A stretch of 63,999 bases of DNA, the filler included, from Globobulimina sp. (taxonomy: Eukaryota): the NCBI GenBank assembly GCA_003354225.1. It is 12 parts of 12 records of this genome, joined end to end, with 100 filler letters (N's around TTAATTAATTAA, not from the genome) between each part and the next. Parts side by side here need not be neighbours in the genome. Positions count along the whole stretch, not along the records: positions 1 to 5,269 come from PIVH01000651.1; positions 5,370 to 10,634 come from PIVH01000652.1; positions 10,735 to 15,998 come from PIVH01000653.1; 9 more parts are not named here. One strand, written 5' to 3'. Below are positions 1 through 10,975 of this stretch, one piece after another (position 1 is the first letter of the stretch; the number at the start of each line of letters is the position of its first letter). The notes under the pieces were generated by a model, which worked only from the letters and a program-made list of their open reading frames with translations, was not told the origin of the DNA and did not search any database. Made by a program: the position numbers and the translations under genes.

Positions 1-1
1 C

Positions 2-904
2 GATACTGTATACTTTGTCAATAGATATATGCGAAAACGTGTGAATAATTTAATTGTACATTGTCCACGAAGTTCTAAAGCATTGTCAATGAATCATAAA
101 CACCATAGAATTGAAGAAAAAAAATGTGATAATGATAGTGAGTGTGGCCAATATTGTGAATGGAATGGTAAATTATCGGATTTATTAAATCATATAGAAA
201 AAGAATGCAAATTTTACAAAAGAAAAAGGAAATTAAAACATAATAATAATGACTTGATACATTTATGTGATGCAAATAAGCAACAAATTGAAGCATTAAT
301 GAAGAAAATAGATATCCAACATCACCAAATTACTCATTTAAAACAAGAACATAAGAGTTTAAAATCAAAATTAAAGAAAAATACGCAAGATACAATGCAA
401 ATGTTTGAAAGTGTTGATAGATTAACTAAGATTGTTATGGATAATTATAAATCCACAAATAAATATTGCCATCCATCCAATAAATATGAATTATACCATC
501 CGAAAAGACTGATAATTAAAAAACAACACTCACAAAATCAAATAGCTTTAATCCATTCAAAAGAGATTGAAGAACACATTATGGAAACAAAATATCATCC
601 AAAAATAAGGAATAATGATGGAATATGGACGTGTTGTAATGGGTCACTAGAATCAAATGGATGCTCTATTGCAACTACACAAATTATGATATATCCGTGT
701 TGCGGCAAAAGAGATAAATCTGATGGATGTATGAATGGATATATATGCTGTAAAGGAAATATTAACAGCAATGGATGTATTGATGTTTCATATTATTCAT
801 GTTGTAATCAACAGAAAAATAATAAATCAAATGGCTGTTCAAAACGATATATTTGCTGTAAACAATCATATCCAAAATCAAAAGGTTGCCAATTGAAAAT
901 ATGA
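2..904 (+). CDS. TRAF/SIAH-type Zn-finger + coiled-coil protein with C-terminal array of Btk-like Zn motifs (5' truncated by window edge)
   Basis: Frame open from position 2 (DTVYFVNRYMRKRVNNLIVHCP). IVHCP...CEWNGKLSDLLNHIEKEC resembles a TRAF-type finger; heptad-rich middle; KYHP...GIWTCC...SNGC is a Btk motif, followed by 4 more CC..GC units. Confidence 0.7.
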   Translation, partial: DTVYFVNRYMRKRVNNLIVHCPRSSKALSMNHKHHRIEEKKCDNDSECGQYCEWNGKLSDLLNHIEKECKFYKRKRKLKHNNNDLIHLCDANKQQIEALMKKIDIQHHQITHLKQEHKSLKSKLKKNTQDTMQMFESVDRLTKIVMDNYKSTNKYCHPSNKYELYHPKRLIIKKQHSQNQIALIHSKEIEEHIMETKYHPKIRNNDGIWTCCNGSLESNGCSIATTQIMIYPCCGKRDKSDGCMNGYICCKGNINSNGCIDVSYYSCCNQQKNNKSNGCSKRYICCKQSYPKSKGCQLKI

Positions 905-1009
905 TTACTTTATATGTTGCCATCTCATCTGAGATAGTTATTTCCGTACAGTTATGGAAGCTCCTTTCACCACTCACCAGTGACTTTGGTCTGGCATCTC
1001 ACTCTTACC

Positions 1010-3764
1010 ATGACTTCGACTCCTGAAATAATCATAGATGGATTCTTTTTAAAAGTAATATTTCCGTTTTTTTTGAAGGTCAAACAACAAAAATTATAAT
1101 AATATACAGCAAGGATCATCGAATTTATCCCGTTGGAGACGAAGATACTTTGTTTTGTATGATAACAACATATTAACCTATGCTGATTCAAAAATTGATG
1201 TGCAGAAAGAAATAAATCTAAGACATGTTACATACATTGTAGAGGATAATAAAAATGCATCACCACTTTGGAATTATTCTTCCCATGGAATAGCAATGGA
1301 AACATCCAACAAAAACTATCAAAGAATTTGGAATTTTTGTTTTAGAACAGAGACACAAAGAGATTTATGGCGCAATGAACTAATAAAATGTACAAAATAT
1401 AATCATATTAATTTTATGCAAACACAAAAAGAAATTACGGAAAAAGAAAAAGAACTGCAACAATTAACTATAAATGCAAATAAATTAAAAGAAAATATTA
1501 AAATTAAAACTAGGCGATGGAATCTGAAGTATTATCAACGGTGTTTTATTGGTTCGGAAGCTGTTAAAACTTTAATTGATTTAAAAATTGCCTCTAATGA
1601 AGATAAAGCTATTCATTTTGGTAATTTATTAGTTACAAATCATACTATTCAACATGTTGAAAAACAGCATATGTTTAAAAACGGGCATTTTTACTATGAA
1701 TTTATAGATGAAAATAATAATAACAATAACCGTCGACGTAATACATTGGATACATTGGATTCTGCCATAAAAACTGCAGACGGAGAGCAAGATATTCTGA
1801 ATCTAATTAATAAATGTTGTGATAACACTAGAATGTTAAATCAATTATACACATCTTTATGTACTACTTTTGAATCAGATAGAAATCATTTGCAGTATGA
1901 AAAATATCTGGACAATCTGGGAAATATTGATGCTTTGATACATTTGATGAAGAGACATAAATTTATCCGCATATTAAATCATAAAGCAAGTATTCATAAT
2001 TATATATTAAACCGGTTTTGTCAATGTATTAATTATAACGACTCAGAAACGATATTATATAATTATCAATGTTTAAAAATACAAAAACAACAAACAGAGC
2101 AGAAACAGCTCGCTAATGACCAAATAATTGAACTCAATTTGCAAGACATACATTGTGATAGTATGATGGGTCATATTCAATTATTTGCAGCATTACCCAT
2201 ATCAACGCAGAATGTAAACAATAATATATGTTCATCGACATCGACATCGATATCGATATCATATTTATTTCGTATATTACCCAGTTACCGATACAAAGTG
2301 TTAGCAATGATAACGAAATGGGACACTAACACTTATAAACAATATACATTGTATGATCTGGAACAGTTTATTGGATTGTTATTTTATAAAACAATTTTTA
2401 ATTTTTTTGAAACCAAACGCAAAGTGAATAAAATTCCAATTCCATTTATAAATAAAATAAATAACAGAAATACATTTGAAGATATTAAACAAGATATATA
2501 TGATAATGATAACGACGAAATTAATGTAAAAAATGCAGAATTAAAAAAGTGCATTGAAAGTTTTGAGTGTATTATAAGTGGAAAAGATAATGAATTTCCA
2601 TCAAATATCAATATGTTCAATGTATTTCTTATGGTTTGGATAATTTATCGAAAACATTGCAGTCATATCAAATGTGATAGAAACGTAAGGACAATAAAAT
2701 TAAAATTACAATTTTTTACCAAATTCATTAATAAATTCTCTAAAGCATTTTTTATGGAATTAAATGGCAGAAAACATTTAACAAAATATATGTTGATTTT
2801 GCATTATTTTGCATCGCCATTATTTGATAATTATGGGGATACCGATAATATACATATAAATTCCCAAAATGGTATATTTCAAACGGCGTTAAATGTATTA
2901 AAAGATTGTAAAACCTTATCATGGATCAATAAACGTCAAATAATTGATTTTTTATATAAACATAATTGGGTAAAATATTTAAATAAATCACATAAAAGTA
3001 TTGAATTCAATGTAGTGCAAGAATTAAAATGTATTGATATGAAATTAAATAACATTTATTTACAATTAAAAGAAAATAAATATTTTCGATCTATTGAGAG
3101 TGAAATCAAAATAATATCTGGAAATGTTATATTTCGCCAAGACCATCTTAAAATTTTAGGTTCTCTAAAAAACACAAATAATAAAAGTAATATCCAATTT
3201 GAACATGAATGTGCAAAAATGATGGTACATATTGCTGAAAAATTATCAAATAAATTTACAAATATTATTGCAACAAAAATATTTCATTGCAAAAAAATAA
3301 AAGTATTTGAATTAAAAAGCAAATCAATGGATATGATCAGCCAGGAATTGCATTCCATGGCACATAAAAATATTAAATCTCCGAAGGCGGCATCGATTCG
3401 GGATTATATGGGTTGTTTGGTTGTTTTTGAAACAATCCAAGAAATGATCTCTGGCTATCAAAGACTTAGAAAAGTATCCAAACATTATGGCATACAAATA
3501 GTTCATATCGGTAATGGAATTTCTAAAAAGTTCATTATAAACAAATTATTGGATAATTTTCGTCTAATTAATATTCATGCCATTTTCTCACAAAATAATT
3601 GCAAACCATTAATTGGTGAGATAGTGTTTACTTTGTTACCAATATGGAAAACATACTCAATCAAAAAGTATATAATCGATTCATATGTTCTGCTTTTAAA
3701 TGATAAAACATACAAAATAGCCAAATCTTTATCTGTATCGAATTATAATATTGATTATGATTGA
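1010..3764 (+). CDS. PH + DEP domain protein with C-terminal degenerate RelA/SpoT-like nucleotidyltransferase-fold region (2 exons)
   Basis: ATG 1010 and GT-AG intron 1055-1109 give the PH start IIDGFFLKQGSSNLSRWRRRYFVLY, with PH end ETQRDLWRNEL. DEP motif IKTRRWNLKYYQRCFIGSEAV...HMFKNGHFYYEF. C-terminal RDYMGCLVVF...IVHIGNG...LIGEIVFTL. Confidence 0.8.
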
Positions 3765-4105
3765 AAAATTAAAAAACTGTATAATATCCAAGACCTGTAT
3801 CTTCAAAACATATTTTAGATAAGGATGTGGACTTTACGTTGCATTGTTATATTTAGTGTGCTAGTTTGGCAATCAATCATTTCATATTTGTGAGGCTCGT
3901 TTGATTGATACTTTAGTGATACTTTAGTCGAAATGTCAGGAGAACCATCATCCGTTCAACCAAACCATGCATTTCATTCCAAAGCTTTCAACAATTTCCT
4001 TTACCATTTTCAAACAAAAACACACAAAATTAAAACAAATCAGCTACATTATTTTCGATATGCATCGGAGATTCGCATCGAAAAATAAAAAATAAAAACA
4101 TTATT

Positions 4106-5269
4106 ATGGCGCAACCATTTGATGCAACCCAAACACAGTCAAAATTGTGGACACCATTACATATTCGAACCACCAAACAACCAAAAAATATCAATTCAAA
4201 TGGAAATCAAACCATTTGCTCTCCAGAACAAACATGTGCTATTTATGAATCTGTGTATGACAGGAAATATATTTCATTGTTGTTCTTGATTTATTTTTTT
4301 ATTTTTGCAACAAAAACAGATTAGAAAATATTAACAATGATAATGATACATTAAAACGGCTCATTGATAATTTAGAGAGTGAACAAAAATGTTTATTGGA
4401 ATTATTAAAGGATGAGCCACATTGGATGGGCTTAATAAATGGGACCCAGCGTAAATTAATGCATTGTGCTATGAATCTGGAAATTATGTTATTGACCAAA
4501 CAACAAACTGAAGACGATTCAAATCACATAACAACAGACAATCGGCAACGAAGAGATTCTAATCAAAGTTCACTAAATTCCTCAAATTCTTGGTCCAAAT
4601 CAACATCTGTTGATGGCAAAATATTGGATGTTAAGTTTTTGTGCATAAAAAGTGCGTGCATCATAAAGATAACTCATAAAAATAAAACAATAATAAAATA
4701 ATTAGAATGAAGGGAAAGAATCATCGATAGAAGGAATAATATTGGACGTCGCAGATATTCCAACAATGAAAGTACCAGATATTGGAATAACACATTATGT
4801 CTTTTCTGTAAAAAAAGTACAAACAAAATTCTGGTCCACCACAGCAAGATTGTTGCACATTGATTTAAAAAAGAAAGATGTTTTTATAACATACAATACA
4901 AATAAAAATAATAAGCGCTCTGCTGATTTATCAGAAGAAAAGTCCGTATCACCAGATAGCACATTAAAATCTAAAACATCGACGTCAATCTCAAATAGCA
5001 GTGATGATGGCAGTCATGGCACAACATCCAGCAACAACAAATCTGTATCAATGGCCCAATCCTTATCATTATCCGCAATGCAAGTAACACGATCGTCGCG
5101 TAATGATGAACCGTTCACTAAGTTAGTAGACTTATTTCGTGATCCACACAATATGCGATTGCAGGCTGTTTTGGTATTTAAATGCTTGAAAACGCAGGAA
5201 AAGGAGCACGACAAATTAGTGTTCAAATCATATACATTCAATTCGGAATGTGAGTTAATAAAATGCGAG
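4106..5269 (+). CDS. Hypothetical protein, 3 exons, 3' truncated at contig end
   Basis: Three ORF-track ORFs joined in frame by GT-AG introns 4255-4319 and 4630-4705; no recognisable motif. Confidence 0.6.
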
Positions 5270-5369
5270 NNNNNNNNNNNNNNNNNNNNNNNNNNNNNNN
5301 NNNNNNNNNNNNNTTAATTAATTAANNNNNNNNNNNNNNNNNNNNNNNNNNNNNNNNNNNNNNNNNNNN
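5270..5369. other. Artificial contig spacer 1
   Basis: N44-TTAATTAATTAA-N44, with stops in all six frames. Confidence 0.99.
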
Positions 5370-8300
5370 ATATACACATATACACAGATCATGCGGAGCA
5401 AAGTCATGTATTGATCTAACTCTTATCTCTGATAACTTACAATATACCAAATGGAATATCCTCCACTCAATGTATGATAAACAATTCTCGGATCATATCC
5501 CGATATCTACAACCTTCGAAGTTGCGCATTCCTTTGGGTTTGATGAAGAGAAAAAAACCTGGAACTTAGCGGACACCAGAAAGTGGAGTGAGTTTACAGA
5601 AACGCTTGAAAACACCCTAAAAGAAACACAATTTGACACAAACCCAAATATCCACACAGAACAACTAACGTACCTAATATTATATGTATCCGAACAAACA
5701 ATCGGATATAAACATTTCTATAGAGGCCACAAACCGTGGTGGAACAGAAAAATAAAGAAACTAAAGAAAAAATGTAAAAGACTGCGTAGAAGAATACAGC
5801 GAATGAAAAGAAATGCAAAAAGACTGAATATAGACTTCCACCATTTCCCCAGATATAAGAAAGAAAAAAGAAAACTAAATAAAACCCAGTCAAACAAATA
5901 CAGAGAAATAACAATAGCAAAATCCAAATACACCGATAAGATAAACAAATATATACAAACATGTAAAGACTATGGCCGCAGATTCTGGCGGACCATAACC
6001 AATAATAAATCAAACCAAATTGATACAAATAATATCCCACCGCTAAACTATAAACAAAAATCAAATATAACTGATCCGAAACAACAGGCGAAGGCACTCC
6101 ATGAAGCAATGACGAGACCGCCCAAACCACAGTCGAATCATAAACACAAACAATGGCATAATTATGTTAATAAATTTGTACCTAATTTCCTCAAAAATCA
6201 CCGAGAAATACCAGATGAAATGAAAAACGACCAATATGATATAATAAAGGATAAAGTTAAGCAAATAACAAAATCAAAAATCGAGTATCCATCAAATATA
6301 AATACTGAAATCCCCATAAATAATACATCCTATCAAATACTTAATGATTCCATTAAAATATATGAAATACGTAATGTAATCAGACACCTGGACACACATA
6401 AAGCCTATGGTCCAGATAGAATCCATAATCAAATGCTTAAACACGGAGGAGATATGTTAATAAATTACCTCCTACCATTATTTAATAAATGCATGACATT
6501 GGGTGTATTCCCGGGATATTGGAACTTCGCCCATATACTACCAATACCAAAGCCTAATAAAGACCATAGTAATCCAAAGAACTACCGACCCATTGCAATA
6601 TCCTCCTGCTTAGGTAGGGTTTTTGAGAAAGTACTTGCAAACAGACTACAACATTTTTGTGTGACAAATAGAATATTCGACAACTATCAATGCGGATTCC
6701 AAATAAACAGATGTTGCGATGATGTATTAACCACTTTTATTTCAGATGTACAAACATCTCTTGATATGGTCAGTGACACGGATGTAGTCTTTACGGACTT
6801 TTCCAAAGCATATGACAGTGTGTGGCATAACGGCTTGTTATATAAACTTATACAAAATAACATAAAAGGAAACATATTGAATGTTCTAGCATCATTTATA
6901 CAAACAAGATTCACCAAAGTTATTGCGAAACGAGCGGAATCCAACTGGGTAGCACAACCAATTGGTGTACCACAAGGATCAGCACTTTCTCCTATACTAT
7001 ATATACTATTTACAAATGATTATAAATTAAAGTATCCAAATTTTGTGCATTTCGCTTGCTTTGCAGATGATACTGCGTTTTGGACCAGTCCTGGGTCCAA
7101 AGATCCCTTCCGATATAAATTCCTACAAAAAGAATTGAACCATTTTAGTGATTGGTGCGACCAATGGCAACTTATGATAAACCCAGCCAAATGTGCATCC
7201 ATCAATATATCACATAGTAAACCAATCAAATTTTATCCAAATTCAACACAATCCATAAATCCAAATACCAATAAACAAGAAAATGTGAGCAAATACACAA
7301 TACAATCATCCCCAATAAAATATGAAAACGTTGTCCGATATTTAGGCCTTTGGTTTGATGAAAGATTGAATTTCAAGGCCCATCTTGAAAAAGTCCGATC
7401 GAAAACAATCCAATGTTACTGGCGACTGTTTTTCACCATCAAATCTGGAGTAAAATTAACCCCAATGTCCATATCAATCCTCTACAAATCACTCGCCAGA
7501 TCCAGAATGGAATATGGATTAACACACTACCACCCTTATGATACCACAAATATCCTCAATAAGCTACAAAATAAGTTCCTCCGATTGGCAATTCCATGCC
7601 GATTGGATACACCAATGGATATACTCCAATTTATATTGAAAGTGGAACCAATTAAACAAAGAGCACACTACCTAACAATGAGACAGTTAGCGAGAGTGTA
7701 CTACAATGACTCCTACCATCCACTCCATCGTACCTTTAAATCCCTAACAAAATATATCAATACCATACAAATGAATAAATACCGCCACGTAAATAAAAAG
7801 AAACAATCCAACTCAAAATTTAATAATAAATTCATAAACCTACAAAAGAACCCATTAATGATAGCTGTCAACCACTGTCAGAATGATAATGCTATCAAAG
7901 CACTATCACTAAATTTAGATGATATTAATAAATCCCAAATAACTGCATCTCCCACATATAATTTACACGAATTCCCAACAAATTATACTGTCACATTAAT
8001 GGCTGCAAACCCCGAACAACCGATAAATAACGAATACATCATAGCATTTACTGATGGTTCGTGTAGCCCAAACCCTGGCAGAGGAGGATCAGCAATGTAC
8101 ATTCCCCCACAACCAGCACATAACAAGGCATATAAACAAGTATTTTATTTCCTAATCCCTGTTACCATCACCACAGCGGAGACAGAGGCAGTCCATATGA
8201 TGCTGAATTATATAATAAACACACAGATAAATATCCCAATGCATTACAAAATCTATGTTGATAATCTACCATTACTTCAATTTATCAATGGATCCAACTA

Positions 8301-9289
8301 TCCCAAATATAATGAAACTAAGATCCTGATTGAAAACATATTAATCAAACTATCCCAGATACAATCAAATAATCCAAATATAGATATATCGTTTATAAAA
8401 ATAAAATCACACAATGACAATGAATTTAATGATAAAGTCGATGAATTAGCTAATTTTGCAGCAAAGCATACAAATTATAATCCTAAATTATTCACAGAAA
8501 TAACGTATAATACCACAATAACCCAAATATACAAACAAATCAACCACCAATGGAAACAATCCTGGTCTAATAGGGACACTCAACCAAACCAGGACAGCTA
8601 CCAAATGTACATAAATAACCCAGAATTACATAATAAATTAAATAAAATAATAAAAAACGTAAATAGAGATGAAGCTGCGATCATTAACAGACTCATCTCA
8701 GGTCATATTGAATTAAACTCATTCCTATTCAAACATAAATATAAAGACTCAGATAAATCATTGATTAATTCACCATACTGTACAAATTGTGTAAATACGT
8801 CCATTGAAACCATTAATCACTTTCTCTTCATCTGCCCTGCTTATTCAAATCAAAGGAACAGAATGTACATATCCCTTGGTAAAGCTTGGACTGGTTTTCA
8901 AAATGGAAATATGATAACTAAACAGAACCTGTTTTATCCATATTCCATCCGAAGACCTCCAGACATTGAAAGTGAGTTAAGCCTGGAAATCCAGTTAGAA
9001 ATCTGGAAAACTGTTCTTCAGTTCGTCAAAGAAACAAAAAGATTTAATTACTTATACCAAGTGGACCTACAAAATATATGCCCGATCATTTCTGATCAAG
9101 AAAACTAATGTACTCTCTAGTACTTGTTTTCAAAATATTTTATATTTTACCTTTGTTCATTGGTTTCATACCCAAATAAAAGGACTTGTATCCATGTTTG
9201 TGTGTACTATTTAAATAGTGTTCCTTGCTTGTGTATGGGTGAAATCTTTAATTGATTTCTTAAAGTTTTAAAGAAAAAAAAAAAAAAAA
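5370..9289 (+). mobile_element. Non-LTR (LINE-like) retrotransposon, 5' end cut by contig edge, with 3' UTR and poly(A) tail
   Basis: ORF2 domains as below; A/C-rich strand bias unlike host genes; no introns; A16 tract at 9274-9289, about 165 bp after the stop. Confidence 0.92.
5371..9108 (+). CDS. Retrotransposon ORF2: AP-endonuclease C-terminus, reverse transcriptase, RNase H, CCHC zinc knuckle
   Basis: Frame open from 5371 with SCIDLTLIS...SDHIPI (EEP end). RT motifs KAYGPD, NYRPIA, QCGF, DFSKAYD, GVPQGSALSP, FADD, YLG. RNase H FTDGS/AE/YVD/SH/N-D. Knuckle CTNC...ETINHFLFIC. Confidence 0.95.
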   Translation, partial: YTHIHRSCGAKSCIDLTLISDNLQYTKWNILHSMYDKQFSDHIPISTTFEVAHSFGFDEEKKTWNLADTRKWSEFTETLENTLKETQFDTNPNIHTEQLTYLILYVSEQTIGYKHFYRGHKPWWNRKIKKLKKKCKRLRRRIQRMKRNAKRLNIDFHHFPRYKKEKRKLNKTQSNKYREITIAKSKYTDKINKYIQTCKDYGRRFWRTITNNKSNQIDTNNIPPLNYKQKSNITDPKQQAKALHEAMTRPPKPQSNHKHKQWHNYVNKFVPNFLKNHREIPDEMKNDQYDIIKDKVKQITKSKIEYPSNINTEIPINNTSYQILNDSIKIYEIRNVIRHLDTHKAYGPDRIHNQMLKHGGDMLINYLLPLFNKCMTLGVFPGYWNFAHILPIPKPNKDHSNPKNYRPIAISSCLGRVFEKVLANRLQHFCVTNRIFDNYQCGFQINRCCDDVLTTFISDVQTSLDMVSDTDVVFTDFSKAYDSVWHNGLLYKLIQNNIKGNILNVLASFIQTRFTKVIAKRAESNWVAQPIGVPQGSALSPILYILFTNDYKLKYPNFVHFACFADDTAFWTSPGSKDPFRYKFLQKELNHFSDWCDQWQLMINPAKCASINISHSKPIKFYPNSTQSINPNTNKQENVSKYTIQSSPIKYENVVRYLGLWFDERLNFKAHLEKVRSKTIQCYWRLFFTIKSGVKLTPMSISILYKSLARSRMEYGLTHYHPYDTTNILNKLQNKFLRLAIPCRLDTPMDILQFILKVEPIKQRAHYLTMRQLARVYYNDSYHPLHRTFKSLTKYINTIQMNKYRHVNKKKQSNSKFNNKFINLQKNPLMIAVNHCQNDNAIKALSLNLDDINKSQITASPTYNLHEFPTNYTVTLMAANPEQPINNEYIIAFTDGSCSPNPGRGGSAMYIPPQPAHNKAYKQVFYFLIPVTITTAETEAVHMMLNYIINTQINIPMHYKIYVDNLPLLQFINGSNYPKYNETKILIENILIKLSQIQSNNPNIDISFIKIKSHNDNEFNDKVDELANFAAKHTNYNPKLFTEITYNTTITQIYKQINHQWKQSWSNRDTQPNQDSYQMYINNPELHNKLNKIIKNVNRDEAAIINRLISGHIELNSFLFKHKYKDSDKSLINSPYCTNCVNTSIETINHFLFICPAYSNQRNRMYISLGKAWTGFQNGNMITKQNLFYPYSIRRPPDIESELSLEIQLEIWKTVLQFVKETKRFNYLYQVDLQNICPIISDQEN

Positions 9290-9565
9290 TTGACATATTA
9301 AAAGTCCTTGTTTTCGATTGATTAAAATATCGTTTTTTAATTCATACTCAGTTTCAATATCATCTAAAATGTCATCGTCACTCTCATTATAATCAGATTT
9401 GTACTGATCTGAATTTTCAGATATCTGAATATTATCTGACAATACAGATTTTTGACTAATATCTGACAGATCAGATCTGTAATTATACAGATCTGTAATA
9501 AATATATATAAAATTATAAATCCACAAACAAAAACAAAAAAAAGAATAATGTAACCAACCAACAT
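9290..9565 (-). pseudogene. 5' part of a signal-anchored host gene that runs into the retrotransposon poly(A)
   Basis: ATG 9565, hydrophobic N-terminus (IILFFVFVCGFIILYIFI), acidic stem; the frame reads into the T16 (antisense poly-A) and stops inside the element. Confidence 0.45.
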
Positions 9566-9712
9566 AAAAATGTAATATCATAACATAATAGTTGTGCAAA
9601 AGTGTTGTTTCTTTATATTATTTTACAATTGTCACACAAAAAAAATGGACAATCAAAAAATAATTAAATGGAAAACGAGATAACGCAAAAGCGCAATCGA
9701 ATATATTTAATA

Positions 9713-10630
9713 TTAAATCGATGCTGTAATTTCTGTTTTATTTACAGTCTCCTGTTGAAACTCTTTATTTTTTTGATGATGAATGTTTGAGCAATACATT
9801 AATATTAATTTTTTAATAAAAGCAAACAACGAATTTATTCCAACAACAACAAAAATCGATCCTATATATATTATAAATGGCGATTTACTCTCACTCCAAT
9901 CATAGACTGCATATAAGTAAGTCACTCCATTTTCATTTTTATGAATAAATGCTTCAAATATAACAGTCCAAATTGTATAGACTGTGCCAAAAAAAAAACC
10001 CCAAATTGCTGATTTATAATATAATCTTTGTGCAGATATTATATAATCAATAAATACTGCAATAAATGTAGCAGCATGCAATTGTACATTAGCCAATTTC
10101 CATTGTAATGGATATGCTGCAAACACAGAAGGTTTAAACGCTAATAACCAAAATTGTAATATTACCAAAACATTTACAACTAACATCATTTGAAAAAATA
10201 TTTCCTGCAAAATATATATTCTATAAACATGAGTATTTGTGTCAAGTACTTCGTTTTTAAAAACGTTAACATCTAATTCTGGATCCATGGCCATACAATA
10301 AACAGTAATTGTTGCCGCTACATTTAATATCATTAATATCACCGTACAAATTGCTGTCCATTGCGTTAAATACATAAAATATGCCCACCAATGACCATCC
10401 AATGAATATAATATAAGGGTAAACATTGCACAATAAATAACATATAACATTAAAATAATACGAATAATTAAAAACCAAATATTTACTGGATTTTGTGGTG
10501 AGATCCATGTGCCTCCCATTTCAATTAATGGTGGAATATTTAAAATATCTGCATTTTCATGGCAACATAAACAGCAATCTTGAGATACTAATTGTTGATT
10601 TTTGAATTGAGCACATGGACATAATATCAT
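9713..10630 (-). CDS. Multi-pass membrane protein, rolling-stone / FAR-17a/AIG1-like
   Basis: About 6 TM segments with motifs YLTQWT, VQLHA and YLYAVYDW. Confidence 0.75.
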   Translation of the reverse strand: MILCPCAQFKNQQLVSQDCCLCCHENADILNIPPLIEMGGTWISPQNPVNIWFLIIRIILMLYVIYCAMFTLILYSLDGHWWAYFMYLTQWTAICTVILMILNVAATITVYCMAMDPELDVNVFKNEVLDTNTHVYRIYILQEIFFQMMLVVNVLVILQFWLLAFKPSVFAAYPLQWKLANVQLHAATFIAVFIDYIISAQRLYYKSAIWGFFFGTVYTIWTVIFEAFIHKNENGVTYLYAVYDWSESKSPFIIYIGSIFVVVGINSLFAFIKKLILMYCSNIHHQKNKEFQQETVNKTEITASI

Positions 10631-10634
10631 TTTG

Positions 10635-10734
10635 NNNNNNNNNNNNNNNNNNNNNNNNNNNNNNNNNNNNNNNNNNNNTTAATTAATTAANNNNNNNNNN
10701 NNNNNNNNNNNNNNNNNNNNNNNNNNNNNNNNNN
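10635..10734. other. Artificial contig spacer 2
   Basis: N44-TTAATTAATTAA-N44. Confidence 0.99.
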
Positions 10735-10975
10735 TCAAGAATCAAGAATCAATCTAACACACAAATACTTTATAAATAATATCCCATTTGTTTTGGATAA
10801 AAATTAATTGGATCAGTGTACACATATTGGCCATAGATACCATTGCTTAGCGATGGTTTATAAGAATCCAACCAGCCTTTAGACGACATTAGGTTTTCCC
10901 GGTACGTATACAAAAAAATTTACTTTGCTGAAAGAGTAAATGCGCTCTGCATAATGTTAGTGCAAGATCCAGTTG

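Noticed and set aside
5314-5325. Palindromic TTAATTAATTAA recurring every ~5.3 kb
   Set aside because: Always centred between two 44-N runs; it is an artificial all-frame stop linker, not a biological repeat. ORF-track proteins containing X runs are artefacts of it.
10770-10889. 39-codon minus-strand ORF MSSKGWLDSYKP...
   Set aside because: Short, with no recognisable motif or consistent splice signal.
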